Position numbers and translations under genes: made by a program. Shown piece by piece: positions 9,387 to 21,205 of a stretch of DNA of 64,000 nucleotides (position 1 is its first letter; every line of letters begins with the position of its first letter). The DNA comes from Gammaproteobacteria bacterium (GTDB lineage: Bacteria > Pseudomonadota > Gammaproteobacteria > S012-40), in assembly GCA_015487785.1 (NCBI GenBank), contig WFPC01000025.1, forward strand, positions 6,654-70,653, given 5' to 3'. The notes beneath the pieces were generated by a model. That model did not search any database. It had not been told where the DNA came from and worked only from the letters and a program-made list of their open reading frames with translations.

Positions 9387-11588
9387 ATGTCTTTCGATGC
9401 GGATGATGAAATAGTCCAGGACTTTCTGGTCGAGGCCGGTGAGATTCTCGAGCAGCTTGGCGAGCAACTGGTGGATCTGGAACAAAACCCCACCGATGCC
9501 GACTTGCTCAACGCGGTATTTCGGGGCTTCCATACCATTAAGGGGGGCGCCAGTTTCATCGGTCTGACCAATATGGTGGAAATCTGCCATGTGGCAGAGG
9601 ACGTGTTCAACCTGCTGCGCAATGGCGAGAAACAGGTCAGTGCCCACTTGATGGATGTCATCCTGCAGGTGCTGGATGTCTTGAACGAGATGTTCGACGG
9701 CATGCGCAACGGGCTCGAGCCCGAGGCGGCCGATCCCGAGCTGGTGCGCCAGCTCAAGGCACTGCTCAGTGATGACGAAGCGACACCGGAGCTGCCACAG
9801 CAAGCGGCCGATACCGAAACGGTCTCCGAGACTGAAGCGGGGACGCCAGCAGCTGAGGGCCAGGCGAGCACAGAAGGCGATATTTCCGATTCTGAGTTCG
9901 AGAAACTGCTGGGTGCGCTCGACGAGCAGGAGGGGGAACAGGCTGCCGAGGCCGCGGCGGCTCCCGAGGCTGCGCCGGCTCCGGTGGAAGCGACCGCCGC
10001 AGCCGATGACGAGATTACCGAGGAAGAGTTCGAGGCCCTGCTCGATCAATTGCACGGGGGGGCCGCGCCAGGCATGAGCCCCGGCGAGGAAAAGTCGGCA
10101 GCGGCCGCGACGGAGGAGCCCGCCGCAGCACGCCAAGCACCGGCACAGCCAGATGCCGCTGTGGCCGACGACGAGATCACCGAGGAAGAATTCGAGGCCC
10201 TGCTCGACCAGTTACATGGCAAGGGCAAGGGGCCGGGCAGCGAGTCGGTGGCGGAGGAAAAGGCGCCTGCCGAATCGACAGCCGCAGGCCAGATGACGGA
10301 TGCGGCGGCCACAGCGGTGGCGGCTCAGCCAGAGCCCAAGACAGAAGCCAAGCCGCAACCGAAGCCGGCGACCAAGGCCGAGTCCAAGGTACCGGCCAAG
10401 CCCAAGGAAGCCCCGCCGGCGGAGACCACGGTGCGCGTGGACACCAAGCGTCTGGACGACATCATGAACATGGTGGGCGAGTTGGTGTTGGTGCGCAACC
10501 GGCTGGTGACCCTGGAAAACTCCCTGGGCAACGAGGAAATCGCCCAGGCCATCAGCAACCTGGACCTGGTGACGGCGGATCTGCAGGCATCGGTGATGAA
10601 GACCCGCATGCAGCCCATCAAGAAGGTTTTTGGGCGTTTCCCCCGCGTGGTGCGCGATCTGGCGCGCAATCTGAAAAAAGAAGTCCAGCTCGAACTGCAG
10701 GGCGAGGATACCGACCTGGACAAGAACCTGGTGGAAGCCTTGGCCGATCCCCTGATCCATCTGGTGCGCAACGCGGTGGATCACGGCATCGAAATGCCCG
10801 ATGTACGGGAAAAGGCCGGCAAGCCGCGCAAGGGTACGGTGTTGTTGTCGGCGGAGCAGGAGGGTGATCATATCCTGCTGACCATCAGCGACGATGGCGG
10901 CGGCATGGATCCGGAGAAGCTGCGCGCCCTGGCGGTGGAAAAAGGCATACTCGACCAGGAGAGCGCCGACCGGCTCACCGAGAAGGAGTGCTACAACCTG
11001 ATCTTTGCGCCGGGATTCTCCACCAAGCAGGAAATTTCCGATATCTCCGGCCGTGGCGTGGGCATGGACGTGGTGAAGACCCGCATCGTGCAGCTCAACG
11101 GTTCCATCGACATCACATCGGAGCTGGGGGAAGGTACCCGGCTGCAGATCAAGGTGCCGCTCACCCTGGCCATCATGCCCACCCTGATGGTGAAGCTGGA
11201 GCAACAGATCTTTGCCCTGCCCCTGGTGAGTGTCAATGAAATCTTCAACCTGGATCTCACCAATACCAATGTGGTCGATGGTCAGATCGTGATCATGCTG
11301 CGGGATCATCCCTTACCCCTGTATTTTCTCAAAGACTGGCTGGTGCAGGGTGCCATGGGACAGCCCCATCCCGAACAGGGACACGTGGTGGTGGTGACCA
11401 TCGGCGAGAAGAAGGTGGGCTTCGTGGTGGAGCATCTGATCGGCCAAGAGGAAGTGGTGATCAAGCCCCTGGGTGCTTTTCTGCAGGGCACGCGCGGGCT
11501 GGCGGGAGCCACCATTACCGGCGATGGGCGGATAGCACTGATTCTCGACGTACCCAGCCTGGTGTCGGCCTACGCCGGCCATTATTGA
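9387..11588 (+). CDS. cheA: Chemotaxis histidine kinase CheA
   Basis: Hpt FRGFHTIKGG, HLVRNAVDHGIE, GRGVGMDVV, C-terminal CheW-like domain. Confidence 0.98.
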   Translation: MSFDADDEIVQDFLVEAGEILEQLGEQLVDLEQNPTDADLLNAVFRGFHTIKGGASFIGLTNMVEICHVAEDVFNLLRNGEKQVSAHLMDVILQVLDVLNEMFDGMRNGLEPEAADPELVRQLKALLSDDEATPELPQQAADTETVSETEAGTPAAEGQASTEGDISDSEFEKLLGALDEQEGEQAAEAAAAPEAAPAPVEATAAADDEITEEEFEALLDQLHGGAAPGMSPGEEKSAAAATEEPAAARQAPAQPDAAVADDEITEEEFEALLDQLHGKGKGPGSESVAEEKAPAESTAAGQMTDAAATAVAAQPEPKTEAKPQPKPATKAESKVPAKPKEAPPAETTVRVDTKRLDDIMNMVGELVLVRNRLVTLENSLGNEEIAQAISNLDLVTADLQASVMKTRMQPIKKVFGRFPRVVRDLARNLKKEVQLELQGEDTDLDKNLVEALADPLIHLVRNAVDHGIEMPDVREKAGKPRKGTVLLSAEQEGDHILLTISDDGGGMDPEKLRALAVEKGILDQESADRLTEKECYNLIFAPGFSTKQEISDISGRGVGMDVVKTRIVQLNGSIDITSELGEGTRLQIKVPLTLAIMPTLMVKLEQQIFALPLVSVNEIFNLDLTNTNVVDGQIVIMLRDHPLPLYFLKDWLVQGAMGQPHPEQGHVVVVTIGEKKVGFVVEHLIGQEEVVIKPLGAFLQGTRGLAGATITGDGRIALILDVPSLVSAYAGHY
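10002..10220 (+). repeat. Two 57-bp imperfect direct repeats inside cheA (10002-10058 and 10164-10220) encoding ADDEITEEEFEALLDQLHG
   Basis: The peptide repeat is identical in the translation. A third degenerate copy (GDISDSEFEKLLGALD) lies upstream. Confidence 0.9.
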
Positions 11589-11617
11589 CGGCACAACATG
11601 TCCCAAGGAGTCGGATG

Positions 11618-12658
11618 ATGCCCGTGCGGGTGCTAGTCGTTGACGATTCGAGTTTTTTCCGGCGCCAGATCAAGCGTATCCTGGCATCCGACTCTCAGAT
11701 CGAAGTGGTGGGGATGGCGGCCGATGGCCGTGAGGCCGTGGAGCAGGCCCGGCAGCTCAAGCCCGATGCCATCACCATGGACGTGAGTATGCCGGTGATG
11801 GACGGCATCAGTGCCACCCGCGAGATCATGCGTGTGCAACCCACCCCTATTCTGATGTTCTCTTCGCTCACCACCGAGGGTGCCCAGGCGACCCTGGATG
11901 CCCTGGACGCCGGGGCGGTGGATTTCCTGCCCAAACAATTGCAGGACATCGCGCACCACCCGGAAGAAGTGCAACGGGTGTTGTGCGATCGCCTCAAGGC
12001 CATTGCGCGCAAGTCCCGCAGGAGCGGACGCAAGCTGGCAGCGGGCGCCATTGCTCCGTCGACACCGGCTGCGCGAAGCAGCAAGGCTTCGCGCATCAAA
12101 CTGGTGGCCATCGGTACCTCTACCGGCGGGCCGGTGGCGCTGCAATCCATTTTGACCGAATTACCCGCCGATTTTCCGGTGCCCATTCTGCTCATTCAGC
12201 ACATGCCCGGCAGTTTTACGCCGGCCTTTGCCAAGCGCCTGGACCAGTTGTGCCGGATTGGGGTGAAAGAGGCCGAGGATGGCGATGTGTTACAGCCGGC
12301 CAGCGCCTATCTGGCCCCCGGTGGCCGGCAGATGTGGCTCAAGCGGCGGGGAGACAAGCTGGCCCTGCGGGTGGAAGACGGTGATCCCGCCTTGACCTAC
12401 AAGCCCAGTGTGGATGTCACCTTTTCCTCCATCGCCGAACTGCTGCCGGGACAGGCCCTGGCCATCGTGCTCACCGGCATGGGTTCGGATGGTTGCAAGG
12501 GCGCTCAGTTGTTGCATCAGGGTGGATCCCGGGTCTGGGCCCAGGACGAGGCCAGTTCGGTGGTCTACGGCATGCCGGCGGCGGTATACGAGGCCGGTAT
12601 CGCCGACAAGGTCCTGCCCCTCAAAGACGTGGCGACACAGATGGTGAAAGCGCTGTGA
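11618..12658 (+). CDS. cheB: Chemotaxis methylesterase CheB
   Basis: Receiver domain plus GTSTGGP, IQHMP, LTGMGSDG; AAGGAG RBS at 11605-11610. Confidence 0.96.
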   Translation: MPVRVLVVDDSSFFRRQIKRILASDSQIEVVGMAADGREAVEQARQLKPDAITMDVSMPVMDGISATREIMRVQPTPILMFSSLTTEGAQATLDALDAGAVDFLPKQLQDIAHHPEEVQRVLCDRLKAIARKSRRSGRKLAAGAIAPSTPAARSSKASRIKLVAIGTSTGGPVALQSILTELPADFPVPILLIQHMPGSFTPAFAKRLDQLCRIGVKEAEDGDVLQPASAYLAPGGRQMWLKRRGDKLALRVEDGDPALTYKPSVDVTFSSIAELLPGQALAIVLTGMGSDGCKGAQLLHQGGSRVWAQDEASSVVYGMPAAVYEAGIADKVLPLKDVATQMVKAL

Positions 12659-12660
12659 GA

Positions 12661-13398
12661 ATGGACCTGTTGGCCATCGTGGGTATCACCGTGGCGGTGG
12701 CGGCTATCCTGCTCGGCCAGGTGTGGGAGGGCGGGCGTGCCGCGTCCCTGATCAATGGCCCGGCCCTGCTCATCGTGGGCGGGGGAACCTTCGGCGCCAT
12801 GATGATTCAGGCACCCTTCGATGTTTTCCGCCGCGCCATGCAGATGTTGCCCTGGGTCATTGCACCGCCCAAGGGTCTGACCATCGATCAGGTGCGCAAG
12901 GTGGTGGGCTGGGGTCAGAAGGCGCGTAAGAATGGCCTTCTGGGGCTGGAAGACGACCTGGATCGCGAGGTCGATCCCTTTGCCCGTCGTGCCCTGCAAA
13001 TGCTGGTGGACGGCAAGGAGCCGGCCACCATCCGCATGGTGCTGGAGATGGAGATCAATACCCGCGAGAACTATGACCTGGCCGCCGCCAAGATATTCGA
13101 ATCCATGGGCGGCTATGCCCCCACCATCGGCATCATCGGTGCTGTGATGGGGCTGATACAGGTGATGGAAAACCTGTCCGATCCCACGCGCCTGGGTTCC
13201 GGTATTGCCACCGCCTTCGTGGCCACCATCTATGGTGTGGCCCTGGCCAACCTGTTTCTGCTGCCGGTGGCCAACAAACTCAAGGCCCTGGTGCGGCGCC
13301 AGTCGCAGCGGCGCGAGATGATCATGGAAGGGGTGATCAGCATCGCCGATGGGGAAAATCCCCGCAATATCGAGATGAAACTCAAGAGCTTGCTGTAG
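12661..13398 (+). CDS. motC: Flagellar stator protein, MotA/MotC family
   Basis: GGYAPTIGIIGAVMGLI, VATIYGVALANL. Named motC by synteny with the Pseudomonas cheB-motCD-parA order. Confidence 0.88.
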   Translation: MDLLAIVGITVAVAAILLGQVWEGGRAASLINGPALLIVGGGTFGAMMIQAPFDVFRRAMQMLPWVIAPPKGLTIDQVRKVVGWGQKARKNGLLGLEDDLDREVDPFARRALQMLVDGKEPATIRMVLEMEINTRENYDLAAAKIFESMGGYAPTIGIIGAVMGLIQVMENLSDPTRLGSGIATAFVATIYGVALANLFLLPVANKLKALVRRQSQRREMIMEGVISIADGENPRNIEMKLKSLL

Positions 13399-13408
13399 GG
13401 GCCGGATC

Positions 13409-14245
13409 ATGCGCCATCAGAAATCGCAGGACGACGGTGAGAATCTCGATCGCTGGCTGCTCTCCTATGCCGATTTCATCACCCTGTTGTTCGCCTTCTT
13501 TGTGGTGTTATACGGCATTTCCTCCATCAACGAGGGCAAATACCGGGTGTTGTCGGATTCCCTGACCGATGCCTTCAAGGCCACGCCTCGCAGCATGGAA
13601 CCGGTACAGGTGGGCGAAATCAGTCGTGAACGCCCGGATGCGGTGATCGAAAACCAACACCAGCCCAGCGCGCCGCCGGACGAGGCCCGTGACCAGGGCG
13701 GCCAGGACATGCAGCTCAACCTCAAGGAAATGGCCGATGAAATCGAGCGCTCCCTGTCTGGATTGATTCGGGACGAGGTGGTGGGTGTGCGCAGGGCCGA
13801 TAACTGGCTGGAGATCGAGATCAATACCAGCATCTTGTTTACCAGTGGCAGCGCCAGGCTGGTGGACAGCGCGGTGCCGGTATTGCAGCGGATCGCGCGC
13901 ATTCTCAAGCCCTTTCCCAATCCCATCAACGTGGAAGGTTTCACCGATAACCGGCCCATCAACACCGCCACCTATCCATCCAACTGGGAACTCTCGGCGG
14001 CCCGCGCCGCCAGCGTGGTGCATCTGTTCACCCGTGCGGGGGTCGATCCCCGACGCATGACCGCCATTGGCTACGGTGAGTACCGGCCCATTGCGGACAA
14101 CAGCACACCGGAAGGAAGGTCAAAAAATCGACGCGTAGTACTGGCCATTCTGGCCGAGGACGTCAATGTGCGGGTGGATAGGCGCGTGGCGGGAGAGGAA
14201 GGCCAAGGTACCGGTTTCCCTCCCATAGAAGTCCTGCGTCGCTGA
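13409..14245 (+). CDS. motD: Flagellar stator protein, MotB/MotD family (OmpA-like domain)
   Basis: WLLSYADFITLLFAFF, VEGFTD, NWELSAARA, NRRV. Confidence 0.88.
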   Translation: MRHQKSQDDGENLDRWLLSYADFITLLFAFFVVLYGISSINEGKYRVLSDSLTDAFKATPRSMEPVQVGEISRERPDAVIENQHQPSAPPDEARDQGGQDMQLNLKEMADEIERSLSGLIRDEVVGVRRADNWLEIEINTSILFTSGSARLVDSAVPVLQRIARILKPFPNPINVEGFTDNRPINTATYPSNWELSAARAASVVHLFTRAGVDPRRMTAIGYGEYRPIADNSTPEGRSKNRRVVLAILAEDVNVRVDRRVAGEEGQGTGFPPIEVLRR

Positions 14246-14351
14246 GGTGCTCGTTACACTGTCAGAAATATGGCAGCATTTATGCATTGTTTTTCTCCGC
14301 GGTAATTCCGGTCATGCCTGGCATGACCACGAGGTACGGAGGAACAAAGCG

Positions 14352-15152
14352 GTGAATGTTTGGGCGATAGCAAACCAGAAGGGCGGGGTGGGCAAGACCA
14401 CCACCACCATCAATCTCGCCGGCCTGCTGGCGGCGGCGGGGCGCGAGACCCTGGTGATCGATCTCGACCCGCACGGTTCGTTGACCAGCTATCTGGGTTA
14501 CGACCCGGACGACATGGAAGGCAGTGTCTACCAACTCTACCGCGGCGGAGCCGGCAAGGTGGCGCAGGTGGTACGCAAGACCGCGATCAAAAACCTTTCC
14601 CTGATGCCTGCGTCCTCGGCCATGGCCACCTTGGACAGGCAACTGGGAGCCGAGGAGGGCAAGGGTCTGGTATTGGCCCATGCCCTGCAGCGGCTGAGTG
14701 GCCGTTTCCAGCATGTGCTCATCGACTGTCCGCCCCTGCTGGGCGTGCTGATGGTCAATGCCCTGGCCGCCAGCGAGCGCCTGCTGATTCCGGTGCAGAC
14801 CGAGTTTCTCGCCCTCAAGGGGCTGGAGCGCATGGTGCGCACTCTCAACATGATCACCCAGGCGCGCGGCCAGGCCCTGCCCTATACCATTGTGCCCACC
14901 ATGTACGACCAGCGTACTCGCGCCGCGCAGGAAAGCTTGCGGGTATTACGCGAGACTTACCCCTACAATATCTGGGAACACGTGATTCCGGTGGATACCC
15001 GTTTCCGCGAGGCCAGCCGCCGTGGCAAGCCGCTGACCCTGCTGAGCACCCGCAGTCGTGGCGCCATTGCCTATCGCAAGCTGCTGATGCACCTCATCAT
15101 GTCTCAGGGGACGGGACAGCCACGCCAAGCCTCCGTGGCCATGGCCTCGTGA
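14352..15152 (+). CDS. ParA-family ATPase of the chemotaxis cluster (ParC-type array positioning)
   Basis: NQKGGVGKTTT, DLDPHGSLT, IDCPP; GTG start inferred. Role inferred from position between motD and cheW. Confidence 0.88.
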   Translation: MNVWAIANQKGGVGKTTTTINLAGLLAAAGRETLVIDLDPHGSLTSYLGYDPDDMEGSVYQLYRGGAGKVAQVVRKTAIKNLSLMPASSAMATLDRQLGAEEGKGLVLAHALQRLSGRFQHVLIDCPPLLGVLMVNALAASERLLIPVQTEFLALKGLERMVRTLNMITQARGQALPYTIVPTMYDQRTRAAQESLRVLRETYPYNIWEHVIPVDTRFREASRRGKPLTLLSTRSRGAIAYRKLLMHLIMSQGTGQPRQASVAMAS

Positions 15153-15162
15153 GGTCGCGGGC

Positions 15163-16185
15163 ATGAGTGTGGTGGACGACCCTGTGACCGATTCCCTGGA
15201 CCAGGAACGCGAGGCCGTCGAGCACTATCTGGCCTCGCTGCTCAAACAGCAGATCAAGGTCACCGAGCTGCGGGTGGGCAATGGCGTGGTGGAAAAGAAC
15301 GGTCCGCCGCCGGAGAGCGTGGCCGGATCGGAGCCGGTGGGCGTTGACGGGCTTGCGCCCGCGGCGGAAGCCCCGGACCAAGCAGACGAGCCCGCAATGC
15401 AAACCCCGGCGGGTGTAGAGGATACGGCCCCGCCACCCCGGCAAACGGCCGCTGCCGAAACGGCTTGCGCAGACGAGGAAGTGCTGATATCGCAGGCACC
15501 CGATCTTGGTATGAACACCCTGCCGGAGATGATGACAGAGAGTGATGAGCCCCGGCTTGCGGAACCCCAGACGGAGAGTGTCGCAGCGGGAGCACTCGAG
15601 CCTGTTGTGCCGGTCGGGCGAGACGAGGCACCTTCCCCTGAGTCGATGGTTGAAGCCGCCTCATCGGAGGAAGTACAAGGTCCGGAGCAAGCGGAGACGG
15701 ACGAGTCCTGCCAGGGCGAGTCACTGGCGGCTGCTGCGGTGGAGGTGAGTGAACGCGCGGCACAGGAGCTGGATCTGCGGGTTTTTCGCGTGGGTGGTAT
15801 TCGCCTGGCGGTACCGTTCAATGAAATCCTGGGCCAGGGGGCTTGCGGCGCCACCATCAAGGTCAAGGGCACACCGGAATGGTTGTATGCCACCCGCCAC
15901 GAGGGGCGTCCGGCCTGGCTGATCGATGCCTTTCGCCTGGTATTTCCGCCATCGCAGCGTGGTCGGCGCCAGCCGCCGGAACACCACACGGGCGAAGTGA
16001 TCTGGTTGCGTCCGGATGGCGTGGGCCTGTGGTGCGAGGCCTTGGAAGGTGAGTTGAAACTGGATCCGGCGGAGGTGACCTGGAGCACCCGCCAGCGCAA
16101 GCGGGCCTGGCTGGCGGGCACCGTCGCCGCGCAGCGTTGCGCCATCGTGGATGTGGCCAGTCTGCTGGGGTTGTTGCCGGAGTGA
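15163..16185 (+). CDS. CheW-like domain protein with long acidic linker (ParP-type)
   Basis: Acidic low-complexity N-half; C-terminal region resembling CheW ending WLAGTVAAQRCAIVDV; adjacent to the ParA ATPase. Confidence 0.75.
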   Translation: MSVVDDPVTDSLDQEREAVEHYLASLLKQQIKVTELRVGNGVVEKNGPPPESVAGSEPVGVDGLAPAAEAPDQADEPAMQTPAGVEDTAPPPRQTAAAETACADEEVLISQAPDLGMNTLPEMMTESDEPRLAEPQTESVAAGALEPVVPVGRDEAPSPESMVEAASSEEVQGPEQAETDESCQGESLAAAAVEVSERAAQELDLRVFRVGGIRLAVPFNEILGQGACGATIKVKGTPEWLYATRHEGRPAWLIDAFRLVFPPSQRGRRQPPEHHTGEVIWLRPDGVGLWCEALEGELKLDPAEVTWSTRQRKRAWLAGTVAAQRCAIVDVASLLGLLPE

Positions 16186-16200
16186 GGATGAAACCGGGTA

Positions 16201-16227
16201 TAAATACTGCAACCGAACTGCCGATAA
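16201..16227 (+). promoter_or_regulatory. Sigma28 (FliA) promoter for cheW-DUF2802
   Basis: Exact consensus TAAA-N15-GCCGATAA, ending 42 bp before the cheW ATG. Confidence 0.9.
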
Positions 16228-16269
16228 GGGAAGGGAACGGCATAGTTCCCTTTCAACAGAGGTAGCGTC

Positions 16270-16746
16270 ATGACAGTGGAAGAAGAGATTCTGGAAGACG
16301 AGGTGGCCCGCTGGGTGACCTTTCAGCTCGAGAACGAGACTTACGGCATCAACGTGGAGCAGGTGAAAGAGGTTCTGCGGGTAAGCGAGATCGCGCCGGT
16401 GCCGGGGGCGCCAGACTATGTCCTGGGTATCATCAATCTGCGCGGCAACGTGGTCACCGTAGTGGATACGCGCAAGCGTTTCGGCCTGGCGCCGGCGGAA
16501 ACCACCGATGCCAGTCGCATTGTCATCATCGAAGTGGAAGGCCAGGAAATCGGCATGCTGGTGGACAGCGTGGCCGAGGTGATGGAGCTGAGTCTGTCGG
16601 CCATAGAGACCGCGCCCAACGTGGGCAATGAGGATTCCTCCCGTTACATACAGGGCGTGGCCAGTCAGGAGGGCGAGTTACTGATCCTGGTCGATGTCAA
16701 CCGTTTCCTCGACGAGAGCGAGCTGGCCGAGGTGACCTCCTTCTGA
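16270..16746 (+). CDS. cheW: Chemotaxis coupling protein CheW
   Basis: YGINVEQVKEVL, VPGAPDYVLGIINLRG, GMLVDSVAEV. Confidence 0.97.
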   Translation: MTVEEEILEDEVARWVTFQLENETYGINVEQVKEVLRVSEIAPVPGAPDYVLGIINLRGNVVTVVDTRKRFGLAPAETTDASRIVIIEVEGQEIGMLVDSVAEVMELSLSAIETAPNVGNEDSSRYIQGVASQEGELLILVDVNRFLDESELAEVTSF

Positions 16747-16756
16747 GGCGAGGAGC

Positions 16757-17185
16757 ATGACGGATATCGGACTGTTGCTGCAATCCCTGCCCCTGAGTTG
16801 GCAGTTCGGCGCCGCCGTGTTGCTGGGGATGGGGCTGGTCTATGGGGTGTTGAGCCGCCGCCTGCGTGCCATGGAACGGCGCCACCAGGAGAATATGGAG
16901 AACCTGCAGCGGGAGCTGGTGATGATGAGCAGCTCGGCTCGCGGATTGGGACGCAAGCTCAACAGCCTGGAGCAACAACAGCAGGTGTTGCAGGAGCGGC
17001 TGGACTTGTTCAGCCTGAAGGAACCGGGCGAGCAGGTGTTCAGCCATGCGGTGCGCCTGCTCAAGAGCGGCGCCGATGTGGAAACGGTGATGGAGCAGAG
17101 TGGTCTGTCACGGGGTGAGGTGGAGTTGCTGCAACGCATGAACGACATCGTCGCCGCCTCGGCCCGGGCGTCCACCACCGCTTGA
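16757..17185 (+). CDS. DUF2802-like membrane-anchored protein
   Basis: N-terminal TM segment, coiled coil, C-terminal AVRLLKSGADVETVMEQSGLSRGEVELL; usual position after cheW. Confidence 0.75.
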   Translation: MTDIGLLLQSLPLSWQFGAAVLLGMGLVYGVLSRRLRAMERRHQENMENLQRELVMMSSSARGLGRKLNSLEQQQQVLQERLDLFSLKEPGEQVFSHAVRLLKSGADVETVMEQSGLSRGEVELLQRMNDIVAASARASTTA

Positions 17186-17192
17186 GGGCCCG

Positions 17193-17212
17193 GGCGGCCC
17201 CGGATGGCCGCC
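17193..17212. terminator. GC-rich hairpin between convergent genes
   Basis: GGCGGCC-6 nt-GGCCGCC; no U-tract. Confidence 0.3.
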
Positions 17213-17226
17213 AAGACACCTTGTAT

Positions 17227-17397
17227 TCAGGCTTCGCCGTCGCGGGACGGGGGCTCGTCGCGCAGCAGGCGCAGTTCTTCCAGGCAATGAATCACCGCGC
17301 AGTCTCCCTGGAAGGCTTCCTGTTCCTGCAGATCCTGTTCACTGCCGGCCAGGCGGGGCGCCGTGGCCGCGAATCGGACGAGTTTTTCCAACAACAT
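17227..17397 (-). CDS. Small hypothetical protein (56 aa)
   Basis: GAGGTG RBS just upstream of ATG (MLLEKLVRFAAT...); fills the gap between DUF2802 and ettA; no recognisable domain. Confidence 0.5.
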   Translation of the reverse strand: MLLEKLVRFAATAPRLAGSEQDLQEQEAFQGDCAVIHCLEELRLLRDEPPSRDGEA

Positions 17398-17600
17398 GAC
17401 ACACCTCGCTTTTTGGCACCGATTTGGACACAATCGGGTCAGGTAGGTGTGCAGGATACCCTGCCTGTATTAATCTTTTATTAATCCCACACGGTTTTTC
17501 CTGGCCTCTTGTCTCCTGTTTCGGCTCGCGCCGATACCGGCTTTAGGGCATACCGGCGGCGTGGCATGGAGTGTCCGGTCCGGCTGGTGAGCCCATCGGG

Positions 17601-19265
<1,665 letters not shown>

Positions 19266-19277
19266 GGTCCTCGGATC

Positions 19278-19922
19278 TCAGTGGTCTTGATGGTTGCGAA
19301 AGAATTGTTCCAGGGTGTGCCAGCGGTTGACGATGGCGCAGAACAGATCAGCGGTTTTCTCCGCGTCGTAGTCGGCCGAGTGTGCTTTGCTTTCATCCCA
19401 TACGATCTGGGCCTCACGGGCCGCCTTGGCCAGCACGGTCTGGCCATAGGCCAGGCCGGCCAGAGTGGCGGTGTCGAAGCTGCTGAAGGGATGGAAGGGG
19501 TTGCGCTTGATACTGCTGCGTTCGGCCGCGGCGTTGAGAAATCCCTGGTCGAAAAAGGCATTGTGTCCCACCAGGATGGCGCGGGTGCAATGGTTTTCCT
19601 TAAGCGCCTGGCGCACCGGCTGGAAGATGTTCTGCAAGGCTTCGCGTTCGCTGACCGCGAAGCGAAAGGGATGGTAGGGGTCGATCTTGTTGAATTCCAG
19701 CGCCTTGGGATCGATGTTGGCACCGGGAAAGGGTTCCACGTGATAGTGCAGGGTGCGGTCACGGTGCAGGCGGCCTTCGCTGTCCATGCGGATCAGCACC
19801 GCGGCGATTTCCAGCAGGGCATCGGTCTTGGCATTGAAGCCGCCGGTTTCCACGTCCACCACCACCGGCAGATAGCCGCGGAAACGGGTGGCCATGCTGA
19901 GTTTGTTGTAGTTCAGGCTCAT
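19278..19922 (-). CDS. rnt: Ribonuclease T
   Basis: [28 protein letters not shown] (DEDDh); ATG overlaps the pyrC stop. Confidence 0.95.
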   Translation of the reverse strand: MSLNYNKLSMATRFRGYLPVVVDVETGGFNAKTDALLEIAAVLIRMDSEGRLHRDRTLHYHVEPFPGANIDPKALEFNKIDPYHPFRFAVSEREALQNIFQPVRQALKENHCTRAILVGHNAFFDQGFLNAAAERSSIKRNPFHPFSSFDTATLAGLAYGQTVLAKAAREAQIVWDESKAHSADYDAEKTADLFCAIVNRWHTLEQFFRNHQDH

Positions 19923-20956
19923 GGGGTGATCAGTTTCCAGTACAGTTCCTCGCCGGCACGCAAGGGGACGAGGTCGTCCGCGCCCAGGACATAGCGTTCG
20001 GGTACGCGCCAGCTCTCGCGCACCAGGGTGATGGTCTGGCGATTGACCGGCAGACCGTAGAAGGCCGGCCCATTGCGGCTGGCGAAGGCTTCCAGGCGAT
20101 CCAGCGCACCGGCCTGCTCGAAGGCCTCGGCATAGAGCTCCATGGCTGCGTGAGCAGTATAGATCCCGGCGCAGCCACAGGCGGACTCTTTGCGTCGGCG
20201 GGCATGCGGGGCGCTGTCGGTGCCGAGAAAAAAACGGGAGTCGCCGCTGGTGGCGGCTTCCAGCAGGGCTTGGCGATGGCTTTCGCGCTTGAGTACCGGC
20301 AGGCAATAGTGGTGGGGACGCAGGCCGCCACGGAAAAGGGCATTGCGGTTCATCAATAGATGATGGGCGGTGAGGGTGGCGGCGACCCTGGCACCGGCCG
20401 TGCCGACGAACTCCACGCCTTGACGGGTGGTGACGTGCTCCAGTACCAGGGGCAGGTCGGGGAAACGCTCCAGCAGGGGGTTCAGCACGGTATCGATGAA
20501 CACGGCCTCGCGGTCGAACACGTCCACCGCGGGATCGGTGACCTCGCCATGCACCAGCAGGGGCAGGCCATGTCGCTCCATGGCGGCGAACACCGGGTCA
20601 CGTCGGCCGATATGGGTGACTCCGGCGGCGGAGTTGGTGGTGGCGCCGCTGGGGTAGAGCTTGACCCCGATGATGTCTGGATGGGCCGCGGCCCGTTGGA
20701 TTTCTTCTTCCGAGGTATGGTCGGTGAGGTACAGGGTCATCAGCGGGCGAAAGGCACTGTCCTTGGGCAGGGCGGCGAGGATGCGGCGACGATAGGCCTC
20801 GGCCTCGGCCACCGTGGTCACCGGCGGGTCGAGGTTGGGCATGACCACGGCGCGGGCGAACTGGCGTGCACTGTCCCCGACCACGGCGCGTAGGGCTTCA
20901 CCGTCGCGCAGGTGCAGATGCCAGTCGTCGGGTTGAATCAGGCTGAGTCGCTGCAT
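19919..20956 (-). CDS. pyrC: Dihydroorotase (type II)
   Basis: [31 protein letters not shown]. Confidence 0.97.
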   Translation of the reverse strand: MQRLSLIQPDDWHLHLRDGEALRAVVGDSARQFARAVVMPNLDPPVTTVAEAEAYRRRILAALPKDSAFRPLMTLYLTDHTSEEEIQRAAAHPDIIGVKLYPSGATTNSAAGVTHIGRRDPVFAAMERHGLPLLVHGEVTDPAVDVFDREAVFIDTVLNPLLERFPDLPLVLEHVTTRQGVEFVGTAGARVAATLTAHHLLMNRNALFRGGLRPHHYCLPVLKRESHRQALLEAATSGDSRFFLGTDSAPHARRRKESACGCAGIYTAHAAMELYAEAFEQAGALDRLEAFASRNGPAFYGLPVNRQTITLVRESWRVPERYVLGADDLVPLRAGEELYWKLITP

Positions 20957-21205
20957 GGGTCAATACTCGGGCGCAAATCGGCGCGTATTATGCCATGTTT
21001 TCCGGCTGGTCGCGCAGGCCTATGTATACCTCTTTGTTTTTCAAATGAATAGTTTGTTCCCTCGTGGTCCGGTGGGGGTCCTTGCCGGCGCCGTGACTTG
21101 ACCTGGAAGGGTAAAAACACGATCATACGCCGTTTCCGAGCGGCGCGCCCTGGGAGAGTCGGGCCTGCTTGCGCCATTTTCAACAGAATGTGACAAAGGT
21201 ATTCC

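Noticed and set aside
14352-15152. Chromosome/plasmid partition locus or topoisomerase parC
   Set aside because: No parB or parS; the context is the chemotaxis ParC/ParP type, unrelated to topoisomerase IV.
17470-17484. FNR/CRP-like palindrome TTAAT-N5-ATTAA
   Set aside because: Wrong spacing and half-site sequence for FNR (TTGAT-N4-ATCAA); the regulator cannot be assigned.
21098-21126. Sigma70-like TTGACC-N17-GATCAT upstream of pdhA
   Set aside because: The -10 match is weak; it cannot be distinguished from chance without TSS data.
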